From the IMG/VR virus record IMGVR_UViG_3300043466_002666: a stretch of 64,000 bases of DNA. The stretch is one strand, 5' to 3'. The position numbers were made by a program, and so were the translations under genes. The stretch is from a virus. The notes below the pieces were generated by a model, which was not told the DNA's origin, made no database searches, and saw nothing but the letters and a program-made list of their open reading frames with translations. Positions 1 through 8,653 of this stretch are shown here, one piece after another (positions within the stretch are counted from its first letter, which is position 1; every line of letters begins with the position of its first letter).

Positions 1-113
1 CTGTCTATGTATTTCTTTAAATGATCTTCACAACTAAACCAACAAACTTTACTTTCACCTTTATCAGTGTGCTCCAACCTATAGGGGAATCCTTCATATG
101 GAAAATCTGTCAT
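1..113 (-). CDS. hypothetical phage protein (partial, runs off window start)
   Basis: ATG at 113 overlaps the TGA of the 110..475 ORF (ATGA); the frame MTDFPYEGFPYRLEHTDKGESKVCWFSCEDHLKKYID stays open to the window edge. Confidence 0.6.
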   Translation of the reverse strand, partial: MTDFPYEGFPYRLEHTDKGESKVCWFSCEDHLKKYID

Positions 114-475
114 CGAATAATTTCTACATGTGTAATTTTACCATCTTTGAAACAAATACTACATCGTGGCCATTCTTCCCATTTTTGATGTGGATTTTGT
201 TCAGGATAAACTTCAATGCAATCCGTGATGTAAACTGGTGTTACTTTACCATGTTGACCATTTGGAATCCATTGAAATCGTGCCCATGGTGGAAGAGATT
301 CATCATCAACTTCCACAAAGTCTGCAGTATACGATTCATCAATCTCATATAATTCACCTGCAGGAGTAATCCAGTACTCAGCCATTTTATTGTCCAATCC
401 TTTAGTCTGTAAAGTATTGGTATTGAAGTGTTCATTGATTGGATATGAACAATGAACTCGGTCAAACATTCCCAT
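110..475 (-). CDS. hypothetical phage protein (MGMFD N-terminus)
   Basis: 121-aa ORF starting 2 nt after the ligase stop, same strand as its neighbours. Confidence 0.7.
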   Translation of the reverse strand: MGMFDRVHCSYPINEHFNTNTLQTKGLDNKMAEYWITPAGELYEIDESYTADFVEVDDESLPPWARFQWIPNGQHGKVTPVYITDCIEVYPEQNPHQKWEEWPRCSICFKDGKITHVEIIR

Positions 476-477
476 AA

Positions 478-1533
478 TTACCTATCCTTGTGCTTCAGTA
501 GATACGAGTTGGCAATTGCTTTGAAAGTGAAATCACTATCCCACGATTTGAATACAATACCTTCACGACGGGTTTGTGGGTTCAGCGACGGACCCTCAGC
601 AAAGTTAAGAAGGTCATCAATGGTTTCGTATTCTTGAGTGAGAAAAACATGTTGGTCGATGATAGGAACATACTCAATGTCAGCACCAAGCATTCTCAGT
701 TGGTCCAGAACAGCATAACGTTCAAAGGGTTTAAAATAACGACCTTCAGTGATACTGTAGATGTCAAACAGATAGAAACGCTGACCTTTGAGTTTCTCAG
801 GATTACCTTGAATACCCTCACCAATCAGTTCACCTTGAATGGCATACTCTTCACCCTTTTCTTTACTCAGTTCAAGCAAAGGTTCAATGATATTTTGATC
901 CCGTGCTGCTTTCCAGAAACTATTACCTTCAGTTTCTTTCAGATCAATATTCCGAGAACACACACCAATCTCACCATCTTTGATGTAGATAGTGGTGCTA
1001 CTACCATCAAGTTTGAGAGTTACTTCATAGGTGTCATCCTTGTGAGTTTCAAAGATGTCTTTACGAAGATTTTGGCAACGCTCCTGGTCAGTTTTAGGAA
1101 TGAAGTGTGGGAAGTTACCCTTCATCGTTCCCTGAAGTTGAGCAGGAATAGGTGGTTCCCACTTCTGAATATTCAAAATATGAGATACATCTTCGCCCAC
1201 AGAAGCATCATTAGCAATAGAACCGAGACAGTTCAATGGTAACAAAAGACCCTGACTAACTTGACCACGAAGTTTAACAGTGCGAAGACGTTCACCTTTC
1301 ACATCATTATATTCACGAGGTTCTTTGCCATTACTGAGAAATGGAGCCAGTTCATGTGGAACCCAACTATCAATCTCAAAATATACAGCAATATCACCAA
1401 CCTTATACTCATCTTTACGAATAACTACTGGCCAACCACCATCAACGATGGCACACTCAATAGCATCAGCACCCTCAATGGGTTTGATGTATGTGATAGG
1501 TTTGATCGAAGCAAGTTTACGCACAGTGTTCAT
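478..1533 (-). CDS. RNA ligase, DRB0094/Rnl5 family
   Basis: N-terminal OB-like module (RKLASI...VYFEIDSWVP...RLRTVKLRGQVSQGL), FIPKTDQER, motif I KLDGSS, QGELIG, FYLFDI, EGIVFK, FKAI. Confidence 0.9.
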   Translation of the reverse strand: MNTVRKLASIKPITYIKPIEGADAIECAIVDGGWPVVIRKDEYKVGDIAVYFEIDSWVPHELAPFLSNGKEPREYNDVKGERLRTVKLRGQVSQGLLLPLNCLGSIANDASVGEDVSHILNIQKWEPPIPAQLQGTMKGNFPHFIPKTDQERCQNLRKDIFETHKDDTYEVTLKLDGSSTTIYIKDGEIGVCSRNIDLKETEGNSFWKAARDQNIIEPLLELSKEKGEEYAIQGELIGEGIQGNPEKLKGQRFYLFDIYSITEGRYFKPFERYAVLDQLRMLGADIEYVPIIDQHVFLTQEYETIDDLLNFAEGPSLNPQTRREGIVFKSWDSDFTFKAIANSYLLKHKDR

Positions 1534-2027
1534 CAGAAGTCTCCTTTGCCTTGAGCAACGTCAAAAGTAAATATACCACGATCCTGCCACATTGTCAAGA
1601 CCCTTTTACGATCATCAAAGACTGCAAAGATTTCGTAATCTTTCTCAATAATGTCAGCAATCTCTGCCTTCACAATTGCATCATCACGATGGTCTTGATA
1701 CTTTCTCATATAGAGACCATTGTAATCATCCTCCATGATTCCATGCTCCTCTAACCACTTTACAGTTACATCACGATAATCATCAGATCGACCACTCACA
1801 AAGAAAACAGGAAAGAAATACTTCAATGAATGAAACATTGCAAGTACTTGCTTTACAGGTTCATCTTGACTGATTCCTTTGTTCCATGCATCCCAGTTTC
1901 TAGGTTTGGTTGCAACAAATTGACGACGATGTTTTACATCACAAAGAGTACCATCAAGGTCAAAAATGATGCACTTGTCTTTAGGAGTATTCGTAGAGGA
2001 ATCCATGATTAGTGGTGTAATGAACAT
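1533..2027 (-). CDS. HAD-family polynucleotide 3'-phosphatase (T4 PseT C-terminal-domain-like); true start may be ATG 2006
   Basis: IFDLDGTL (DxDxT), VSGR, MR..DHRDD..VK and FDDR motifs as in the PNK phosphatase domain. Confidence 0.85.
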   Translation of the reverse strand: MFITPLIMDSSTNTPKDKCIIFDLDGTLCDVKHRRQFVATKPRNWDAWNKGISQDEPVKQVLAMFHSLKYFFPVFFVSGRSDDYRDVTVKWLEEHGIMEDDYNGLYMRKYQDHRDDAIVKAEIADIIEKDYEIFAVFDDRKRVLTMWQDRGIFTFDVAQGKGDF

Positions 2028-2358
2028 GAGTAATACCAGCTTCTTTCAATGCAAGCTGACAAATAGGACATGGGCGGGCCATTCGTAGTTTACCTTGTGG
2101 ATTGACCCTTGCAACGATCACAGTATCAACTTCTTCACGACACTTAACAAGTGCTGCAATCTCTGCATGTAGATAGATTTTCTCTGCAAGTCCTACACGC
2201 TCTGCAAACTTGGCTTGAAGTGGATGTGATTTGGTTTCAAGATTAGTTGCACTTACAATTACTTTGTTCTTGTTCAGTAGGAGTGCTCCTACTTGTTTTT
2301 TAGAAGGAGAGCTTTTTGCAGTTGCAATTACTTGGTCAAATACCGAGTCAGAAATCAT
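1981..2358 (-). CDS. zinc-dependent cytidine/dCMP-deaminase-fold protein
   Basis: LHAEIAAL and ARPCPICQ (HxE...PCxxC) signature, N-terminal VGALL strand. Confidence 0.85.
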   Translation of the reverse strand: MISDSVFDQVIATAKSSPSKKQVGALLLNKNKVIVSATNLETKSHPLQAKFAERVGLAEKIYLHAEIAALVKCREEVDTVIVARVNPQGKLRMARPCPICQLALKEAGITHVHYTTNHGFLYEYS

Positions 2359-2858
2359 CAGGCCACCTGCAATTTAAGATGCGTACCATCATGTGTCATG
2401 ATGACATCAAAACCTTCATCTTCGGTTGGCATTTCAAATTGGTGATACATGCGAGTGATAACGGATCGTGGAATGAACTTGTTCGCTCTTTGCGAATTGC
2501 GAATGATAGCATCTTCCAATTTAATAGGAAGAACTACAATAGTCTTGGTATAGGTATCTGGAATTCTCTTGAGTTTCTGTTTGCGAGACTTCTTGGTTAG
2601 ATTAGTTTGATCCCAGAGAATTGACTTTTCATGCTGAATGGCATAGTCAAGTTGTTCAAACATCTTAGTAGTTGCTTCAGTAATTACATCATCAAATACT
2701 TCATTATATGATTTATCTACAGACCTTGCATACTCTTCAATGTAGTCGTCTGTAGATAGAATCACATACTCATCAAAAGTATCTGTGTTTTCAGTTCCTC
2801 TGCGAATGTAAGTAGACTTACCTGCACAGGGAATACCACACATCATAATCAGTTCCAT
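2358..2858 (-). CDS. P-loop polynucleotide-kinase-like protein (AAA_33 / PseT kinase domain, stand-alone)
   Basis: GIPCAGKST Walker A, LSTDD, WDQTNL, RNSQR lid, FEMPTEDEGFD C-terminus. Confidence 0.85.
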   Translation of the reverse strand: MELIMMCGIPCAGKSTYIRRGTENTDTFDEYVILSTDDYIEEYARSVDKSYNEVFDDVITEATTKMFEQLDYAIQHEKSILWDQTNLTKKSRKQKLKRIPDTYTKTIVVLPIKLEDAIIRNSQRANKFIPRSVITRMYHQFEMPTEDEGFDVIMTHDGTHLKLQVA

Positions 2859-4012
2859 GAAATACCTCCGAACATCCAGCGAGAATCGTTGAGTTTAGTT
2901 TGAGAAGTCAGAGACTTCTCGATTGAATCAATGAGTAGTTGCTTACACTCTTTACCTTGTTTCATGCCAAACATAAATGGACGATGAATAGGTAAAAGCA
3001 TTCGGTTTACAAATTCAACGGCAAACTCCTTTTTGTCTGGATACATCATATCACCACCTTTGAAGATCTTGGTGAGGTCTGAGGACACCTCATCAACTGC
3101 ACACCAGAACTTCTGTTGGAAATCTTTGAGTCGCTGGGCATCCTCAGAAGTTAGCAAAGGAATCATATCATCTACAGAATCATTGAGAATAACTTGAATG
3201 ATATTCTTCTCTGAGTTGATTTGTTCTTTTGAACGATGGCGTAGAATGTATTCATCTGCTTTAATCTTGACCATGTGACCGTCATCAAAACGAATCACTA
3301 CACCTTCACCATCATCCCATTTACGAATGTGATCTACAATCTTTTCGATATCAGTTTCATCACCAGCAATAGCCTTTACAACAGGAATAGCATAATTTTT
3401 TCCTGTTTCAACCATCTGAGAATATGGAATGTAATTTCCACTACGCATATCTCGCACAGCAGTTAAAATTAACTGGTCGTCTGAATAATCAACTACAATA
3501 CGATTCTTTCGTGAACACCATTCAAATATAGGTGTTAACCCACATGCAAAACTTGATTTAATAAACTTAGCATATTCTGGCTTATCTGCAACAAAATACT
3601 CTGCATTCATTGCAACATCAGTAATACCAGCTTTTGTGCCTAGTCGAAAACCTTCTGGTGTTGGAATGGGACGAATCATCGAACCATCTAGCTTTTCTAG
3701 AACTACATGAGGTTGAGTTAAATCAATCTTATCTAAATTAGTTTCTTCTCGCTCACCTACATTGAAGAACTTATGGTATGGGCGAGAAATCAAATTACCA
3801 GTAGCAGTATCAAAGATCATACCACGACATTCACGACGAATCTTCATATTATAATGACTACGCTCACGAACAAGTGAGAAAGTCTCTTCAAATGCTACCA
3901 TGTAATTGATAACAGTGTACCAATCTTTTTGCATCACTTTAAATTCTTGCCAATCCTCAATGTGTGGAATGACATCATCAATGTGATCAATTTCTGGAAA
4001 GTCGTAGTTCAC
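2849..4012 (-). CDS. rnlA: RNA ligase 1 (T4 RnlA-like)
   Basis: RECRGMIFD, SRPYHKFFNVGE, EKLDGSMI, FEWCS..NRIVVDY, EGVVIRF, KIKADEY motifs; GTG start. Confidence 0.9.
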   Translation of the reverse strand: MNYDFPEIDHIDDVIPHIEDWQEFKVMQKDWYTVINYMVAFEETFSLVRERSHYNMKIRRECRGMIFDTATGNLISRPYHKFFNVGEREETNLDKIDLTQPHVVLEKLDGSMIRPIPTPEGFRLGTKAGITDVAMNAEYFVADKPEYAKFIKSSFACGLTPIFEWCSRKNRIVVDYSDDQLILTAVRDMRSGNYIPYSQMVETGKNYAIPVVKAIAGDETDIEKIVDHIRKWDDGEGVVIRFDDGHMVKIKADEYILRHRSKEQINSEKNIIQVILNDSVDDMIPLLTSEDAQRLKDFQQKFWCAVDEVSSDLTKIFKGGDMMYPDKKEFAVEFVNRMLLPIHRPFMFGMKQGKECKQLLIDSIEKSLTSQTKLNDSRWMFGGISWN

Positions 4013-4191
4013 TGGTAATCTTCCTGTTCAAAGGTGAAGTATTCGTAGATTTGAGACATCACAGCTTCATCAATGTGCTGCATAATGGCACTTGGCAAAG
4101 GATTCTCTACATGTTTGTGTGCAAGATGCCAACCACGACGCACACCTTCTTCAATTGCCATTTCTAGTATAACACGGGTTTTAGGTTTCAT
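4009..4191 (-). CDS. hypothetical protein
   Basis: 60-aa ORF; its stop overlaps the rnlA GTG start. Confidence 0.7.
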   Translation of the reverse strand: MKPKTRVILEMAIEEGVRRGWHLAHKHVENPLPSAIMQHIDEAVMSQIYEYFTFEQEDYQ

Positions 4192-4372
4192 TTGATTGTT
4201 TTACAGTTTTTTGCACATCAGCTTTCCATGCTTCAAGTTTCTCAATCCTATTATGAAGTTCGGTGATGATATGTATCAAAGAACGATAATCAATGCTCTC
4301 AACATCATCTCCACCTTCCATATCATTATAATATGAGTATAGGAGTTCTTGTGTAAAGTTTCGGTCAATCAT
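4181..4372 (-). CDS. hypothetical protein
   Basis: start re-assigned to ATG 4372 (MIDRNF), which overlaps the upstream TGA. Confidence 0.6.
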   Translation of the reverse strand: MIDRNFTQELLYSYYNDMEGGDDVESIDYRSLIHIITELHNRIEKLEAWKADVQKTVKQSNET

Positions 4373-4584
4373 TCTGTTTGCTCCCAAAGTTTTTCACGCA
4401 TCATTTTAACACATTTATTCCATTGATAGTCATTTGTGGGATGCTCTGATGGCAACCATTCTTCAACGGCAGACACAATCTCATCACACATATCAATAGA
4501 AAATCCCAATTGAAACCTCATTACATTCCACAGTGATGGTGGGCGTTTGAAATGTTTTTCAAGTAGTTTATCAAGGTCAGTCAT
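4369..4584 (-). CDS. hypothetical protein (CD..V..WLP.E...WN.C module)
   Basis: 71 aa; shares a module with the C-terminus of 5860..6489. Confidence 0.7.
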   Translation of the reverse strand: MTDLDKLLEKHFKRPPSLWNVMRFQLGFSIDMCDEIVSAVEEWLPSEHPTNDYQWNKCVKMMREKLWEQTE

Positions 4585-4766
4585 AAGTCATAAGGTTGTT
4601 GTGGGTCTTTCTTCCAAACTTCTTTGTAGACAATCCAAGGTTCTTCTTGGTGGGTCATTTGAGCAGACCAATGGTATCCATTTTCATCAACGGCATCCAG
4701 ATAATGAATGCGTGTCTTTGGGTCAATCACTCGTGTGATAGTTTTGAATTTTACTCGTTCAGTCAT
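4581..4766 (-). CDS. hypothetical protein
   Basis: start re-assigned to ATG 4766 (MTERVKF), giving an 8-nt overlap with the upstream stop. Confidence 0.65.
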   Translation of the reverse strand: MTERVKFKTITRVIDPKTRIHYLDAVDENGYHWSAQMTHQEEPWIVYKEVWKKDPQQPYDL

Positions 4767-4965
4767 TTGAGTTCTTAAAAAGTTTGTAGATTGCGTCTGC
4801 GATTGCAAGTGCTTCTTCTTTATCCATACAAATATACTCACCTCGTTTACCATCTGCCCAAATAGAAATGGTGCAACCTTCACAACCTACATCAAGGTGA
4901 GTGTCTTCCACAGTATAGTAATAACCTTCGTGTTGTTGAATGCGAATTTGAGTGCTGATTTCCAT
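4759..4965 (-). CDS. hypothetical protein
   Basis: 68 aa, first gene after the promoter at 4991-5048. Confidence 0.7.
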   Translation of the reverse strand: MEISTQIRIQQHEGYYYTVEDTHLDVGCEGCTISIWADGKRGEYICMDKEEALAIADAIYKLFKNSND

Positions 4966-4990
4966 AAGAGGTTTCTGTGTGTATGAGAGT

Positions 4991-5048
4991 ATTATAAGGC
5001 ATCAGGAAGCACCTGTGGGATGCTCCTGTGCCAGTTCATCAAGTGTCC
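4991..5048 (-). promoter_or_regulatory. putative early promoter: TATAAT -10 with upstream dyad GGACAC-N8-CTGGCA
   Basis: minus strand GGACAC TTGATGAA CTGGCA, 32 nt, TATAAT, in the only intergenic gap between 4 and 9.5 kb; no canonical -35. Confidence 0.6.
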
Positions 5049-5303
5049 TCAAGGTTCATAAAACATAACCTCAAAGGTTATTGTTTTCAATGCTAGGTGG
5101 GCATTACTTTCCATACTCATACTGGATACTTGTGCCTCACCATTCTTGACTTGTTCTGCGATTTGTTGAAAAGAAATTTTCAAATCATCAAGGTCATAAG
5201 ATTTGAGTTTTGATAGTTTTGGTTTCTCTACTGGTTTTGGAGGTTCTGGTGGTTTTGGATTGTAGAGTTCATTATATTTTTCTATGAGAGGATTAGTCAT
5301 CAT
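5049..5303 (-). CDS. hypothetical protein
   Basis: 84 aa, Pro/Lys-rich N-terminus, ATGA-coupled. Confidence 0.7.
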   Translation of the reverse strand: MMTNPLIEKYNELYNPKPPEPPKPVEKPKLSKLKSYDLDDLKISFQQIAEQVKNGEAQVSSMSMESNAHLALKTITFEVMFYEP

Positions 5304-5863
5304 ACATCAACCCAACGGAAATCTAAAAGTTTATTCATAAAGAACCGAACAATCGCAGTCGGTTTCTTATTCATGTAATACTTTAAATATCCGTTACCAA
5401 AAGTATAATACCCAACTTCTTTACCACCTGATTTAATCACAAAACTGGAAGTAATATTACTACTACCAGTCGCAGTAAGTTTAGAGTAATCTAATGTAAG
5501 TTTGAGTGGAAATTGTCCGTGTTCCTTCGCATACTCAAAGTTCTCAAGAATTCTATTGAACTTTACTTGATAGTGATACTCTTGAGTATATCCAAGTTGA
5601 TTAAACTTTTCTTTTACTCTCTCAATTTGTTTATCAATCTTCTCGTCAAACTCTTGTGAGATTTCTTCTAATGATTTGCGTGGTAGTTCAAGTTTGAGTT
5701 CTTGTGGCTCATTTGGAAGTGTGAAGTATTCTTTGATGAGTTCATACTTTTCGTGGTCTTCTTCAGCATAAGAATACAAATTCATACACTCAAAGACATT
5801 CTTTACATCTGTGAGTGTTTTGATTTTACTTATATCTAATTTATGATTTAATGGTTCAGTCAT
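5300..5863 (-). CDS. hypothetical protein
   Basis: 187 aa, ATGA-coupled on both sides. Confidence 0.75.
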   Translation of the reverse strand: MTEPLNHKLDISKIKTLTDVKNVFECMNLYSYAEEDHEKYELIKEYFTLPNEPQELKLELPRKSLEEISQEFDEKIDKQIERVKEKFNQLGYTQEYHYQVKFNRILENFEYAKEHGQFPLKLTLDYSKLTATGSSNITSSFVIKSGGKEVGYYTFGNGYLKYYMNKKPTAIVRFFMNKLLDFRWVDV

Positions 5864-6489
5864 CGCAGTTTCGTCTTAATTTCATTCAAACAATCATTCC
5901 ATCCTTGAGTATATCCCATCTCATCTTCTTCATATTCTAACTCATCAGGCAACCAATCGGCAACAATATCACAAACAGTATCACAAATTGATACTAAACC
6001 TTTATTGTAAAACATTTCATAAAGTGTGGATGATGTTGTATCTTCCTCAAACTCATCAGTATATCTTCCCTTTCGCACATCGTTGAACCAAAGTCCTTCA
6101 AGAAGACGATGAGTTTCACCATCGGTAATGCGTTCTAACTTCAGATCCAAGTAGGTCTCATGACTAGTTCTTCTATACCAATAAACCTCATCAGGAAACT
6201 CAAAACGATAATAAGATTTTTTATTATAAGAGACAACTTCACACTTTCCATCAAATAGAAAGTTCATTCTTGGTTGAGATTTATGTGTCTCAATCTCTTT
6301 GAGGAGGTCAAGTTTCTTTTGAAGCACTTTGATTTCTGCTTCTGTTTTTTCAATATCAGATTTGAAAGTCATTTTTTTCAAGTAAGGAGTAGCATCCATC
6401 ACACCATCTTTAATTGCTTGTCTAAAAGCATTACGCAGACCTTCATCTACTTGCTCTGGTGTTTGTGGTATTGGTTGAAAGTCAGTCAT
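5860..6489 (-). CDS. hypothetical mosaic protein
   Basis: 209 aa; coiled-coil segment; C-terminal WLP.E...GWNDCLNEI module shared with 4369..4584 and 8220..8444. Confidence 0.75.
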   Translation of the reverse strand: MTDFQPIPQTPEQVDEGLRNAFRQAIKDGVMDATPYLKKMTFKSDIEKTEAEIKVLQKKLDLLKEIETHKSQPRMNFLFDGKCEVVSYNKKSYYRFEFPDEVYWYRRTSHETYLDLKLERITDGETHRLLEGLWFNDVRKGRYTDEFEEDTTSSTLYEMFYNKGLVSICDTVCDIVADWLPDELEYEEDEMGYTQGWNDCLNEIKTKLR

Positions 6490-6637
6490 TTTTCTTCTGT
6501 TCTAAAACACCACGAGCACGGTCAGCAATCTGTCTCAAACTAATGCGAGGGTCATTGTAAGAATTTGGGGTCCAATTATCACACCAACTATCAAGTTCAA
6601 TAATAACTCGTTCTAATGCTGATTGTGTTTTAGTCAT
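6482..6637 (-). CDS. small hypothetical protein (not in ORF track)
   Basis: MTKTQSALERVIIELDSWCDNW...EQKKND*, 51 aa, 8-nt overlaps at both ends. Confidence 0.65.
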   Translation of the reverse strand: MTKTQSALERVIIELDSWCDNWTPNSYNDPRISLRQIADRARGVLEQKKND

Positions 6638-6863
6638 ATGCTTTCACGGTATTACAAGGAATTGTTTGTGGTGGAGTGAGAGAATGAAGAGAAGTATAAT
6701 GAGAAGGAGTATAAACTAATGGAGATTTACTCAAATACTCTTCAAGGATATTACAATCCCAAGCATACTCATCATAATGCTTTTTACCATAGTTCATAGT
6801 ATCTTCCCGATTTGGAAATGCTACTACGAATGTGTCTTTATAATAGAGTGAATAAATTTTCAT
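6630..6863 (-). CDS. hypothetical protein
   Basis: 77 aa, coupled on both sides. Confidence 0.65.
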   Translation of the reverse strand: MKIYSLYYKDTFVVAFPNREDTMNYGKKHYDEYAWDCNILEEYLSKSPLVYTPSHYTSLHSLTPPQTIPCNTVKAYD

Positions 6864-7153
6864 TTACAATCCTCATTGGGGTCAAAGTTCAGGTATTCTA
6901 CCACAGGTTCTCTACAATACTCTTCATAATCGTCAAAATCTCTGGGTTCAGTATAAGGGTCTTCACAACCAGTATAGGCATACATTTTGTTATTCATCTT
7001 ATACCAATCGTGGTTGAGACAATACCAGAAGTCCATAATATACCAATCATAAAACCCCAAGTTCTCTTTGCTTTTGAGTGCCCACATTAGGGTTCTATCT
7101 GGAAGGGTCATCCAGATTTTCCATTTATCAAAGATTATTCGTGTGAGTTTCAT
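6860..7153 (-). CDS. Trp-rich hypothetical protein (FW..LN..W..M family)
   Basis: start re-assigned to ATG 7153 (MKLTRII); DFWYCLNHDWYKMN motif. Confidence 0.65.
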   Translation of the reverse strand: MKLTRIIFDKWKIWMTLPDRTLMWALKSKENLGFYDWYIMDFWYCLNHDWYKMNNKMYAYTGCEDPYTEPRDFDDYEEYCREPVVEYLNFDPNEDCK

Positions 7154-7368
7154 TTCACAAAATCTCCAATTACAGGAACAGTTCCACAAATTTCATTCAC
7201 TCGTCCTACTGTTTGGTCTTTGAGTGCTTGACGACACTCCAAGTTCTTATTGTATGTTTGTTGGAATAATACTCGTTGTTGTTGATCACTATAGGTAATA
7301 ACAGCAGCAGCAACGATTATAAAAATAGGGATAGTCAAAAATACCCAATCAAATCCATCAAATTTCAT
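7150..7368 (-). CDS. hypothetical membrane protein
   Basis: N-terminal hydrophobic helix WVFLTIPIFIIVAAAVITY; GGAGG RBS upstream. Confidence 0.7.
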   Translation of the reverse strand: MKFDGFDWVFLTIPIFIIVAAAVITYSDQQQRVLFQQTYNKNLECRQALKDQTVGRVNEICGTVPVIGDFVK

Positions 7369-7499
7369 AGTGCCTCCAAATCTCCATTAATAATGTCTTT
7401 GATGATACTATACTTAATTTTATCAATTTCTTCATTCACCCACTTCTTCACACCCTCATTCATACTTTTGAGTGTGGTTTCCCATTCTTCATCAGTCAT
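7365..7499 (-). CDS. small hypothetical protein ending GDLEAL (not in ORF track)
   Basis: MTDEEWETTLKSM...INGDLEAL*, 44 aa, ATGA overlaps at both ends. Confidence 0.6.
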   Translation of the reverse strand: MTDEEWETTLKSMNEGVKKWVNEEIDKIKYSIIKDIINGDLEAL

Positions 7500-7663
7500 C
7501 GTTCAGCAACCACAATAAAGTCATTCATAGAAATACTCCTCTTACTTTTAGCAAGAACTCCTTGATTGGGAAAATAAGGAACTGCTACAAGATTATAGAA
7601 TGGTCTCAACTGCTCATAGAGAGTATAAAGGTGTCCGTCTTTCTTGTATCGGTAGAGTTTCAT
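7496..7663 (-). CDS. small hypothetical protein (not in ORF track)
   Basis: MKLYRYKKDGHLYTLYE...VVAER*, 55 aa, GGAGG RBS, ATGA overlaps. Confidence 0.65.
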   Translation of the reverse strand: MKLYRYKKDGHLYTLYEQLRPFYNLVAVPYFPNQGVLAKSKRSISMNDFIVVAER

Positions 7664-7863
7664 AGTGCCTCCAATTCATCAGCAAGTTCATAAAGCAATC
7701 GAGCATCAACTACCATATCTTCTATATCCTGGTCTCTACAACACTGATAGTATTGATGTTCATTCACAATAGCACGAATAGCAGCAACAACTCCATCTTT
7801 TGGAAAGTTGTATGTATCCTCTGCTTCGTATGCTTCCATAATCTTTTTTGCTCGTTCAGTCAT
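7660..7863 (-). CDS. hypothetical protein, ELEAL paralog family
   Basis: MTERAKKIMEAY...AAIR...ELADELEAL. Confidence 0.75.
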   Translation of the reverse strand: MTERAKKIMEAYEAEDTYNFPKDGVVAAIRAIVNEHQYYQCCRDQDIEDMVVDARLLYELADELEAL

Positions 7864-8066
7864 AATGCCTCCAATTCATCAGCAATCTCATTCAGTTCTT
7901 GAGCAGTATGAGTAAGCCAAGGTTCATCTGCAAGAACTCCATCTCTATAAATGAGAGAAGAAATCACACGAATAGAAGATGCTAATGCTTCTTTCATATC
8001 ATCGGTTGCTGGTTGTGTAAGTTCTGCTTTGAATGTTTCCCAGATTTGATATGCGGTGTTAGTCAT
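7860..8066 (-). CDS. hypothetical protein, ELEAL paralog family
   Basis: MTNTAYQIWETF...SSIR...EIADELEAL. Confidence 0.75.
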   Translation of the reverse strand: MTNTAYQIWETFKAELTQPATDDMKEALASSIRVISSLIYRDGVLADEPWLTHTAQELNEIADELEAL

Positions 8067-8223
8067 TCTTCACTCCTATAAGTTCTGTTCTTAATTCATT
8101 CATTTTTATATCAAAATCATACTGTTGATGTAAAAGATATGCAACAAAAAATGTAGGAGATAGACAACAAGAAGTCCAAACTACCCAAGCACTATAATAT
8201 ACAATCCTATCTTTTAGTATCAT
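8059..8223 (-). CDS. small hypothetical membrane protein (not in ORF track)
   Basis: MILKDRIVYYSAWVVWTSCCLSPTFFVAYLL...VKND*, 54 aa, fills the gap with overlaps at both ends. Confidence 0.55.
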   Translation of the reverse strand: MILKDRIVYYSAWVVWTSCCLSPTFFVAYLLHQQYDFDIKMNELRTELIGVKND

Positions 8224-8444
8224 AGTTCTAAAAGTTCATCACAAATAGCATCAATCTCTTTGAGGCAGTCATCCCACCCACAATTATACATCATACCTTG
8301 CTCATCATAAAAATCAAGAACATTATTTCCTGATAGTTGCTTACGAAGATGTTGAAGAGTTTCTTGGAGCAACCAAGCAGGATTGTGTGCTTGACTTTCC
8401 CAGAAAACTTTTAGGAGTTCTTCTGCTCTTTCTTGGTTAGTCAT
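8220..8444 (-). CDS. hypothetical protein, ELEAL-related
   Basis: MTNQERAEELL...GWDDCLKEIDAICDELLEL. Confidence 0.75.
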   Translation of the reverse strand: MTNQERAEELLKVFWESQAHNPAWLLQETLQHLRKQLSGNNVLDFYDEQGMMYNCGWDDCLKEIDAICDELLEL

Positions 8445-8653
8445 TTTAGTTTCTCTTTGAGTTCCTCAATTTTCTTGGACATCATACCAATGGTTTCATA
8501 ACACCATTCTCTGTCTTTTTCCAAATCCTCAATCACCAAACGAGCAACTAAGGGCCATTCGTCCTTTGAGTTCTGCCACCAATCCTTATAATCTTTCGGC
8601 ATAACTTTTGAGAGTTCCTCATCGTATGCTTGTAGTCGTTCAAGGTCAGTCAT
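8441..8653 (-). CDS. hypothetical protein
   Basis: start re-assigned to ATG 8653 (MTDLERL), ATGA overlap. Confidence 0.7.
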   Translation of the reverse strand: MTDLERLQAYDEELSKVMPKDYKDWWQNSKDEWPLVARLVIEDLEKDREWCYETIGMMSKKIEELKEKLK

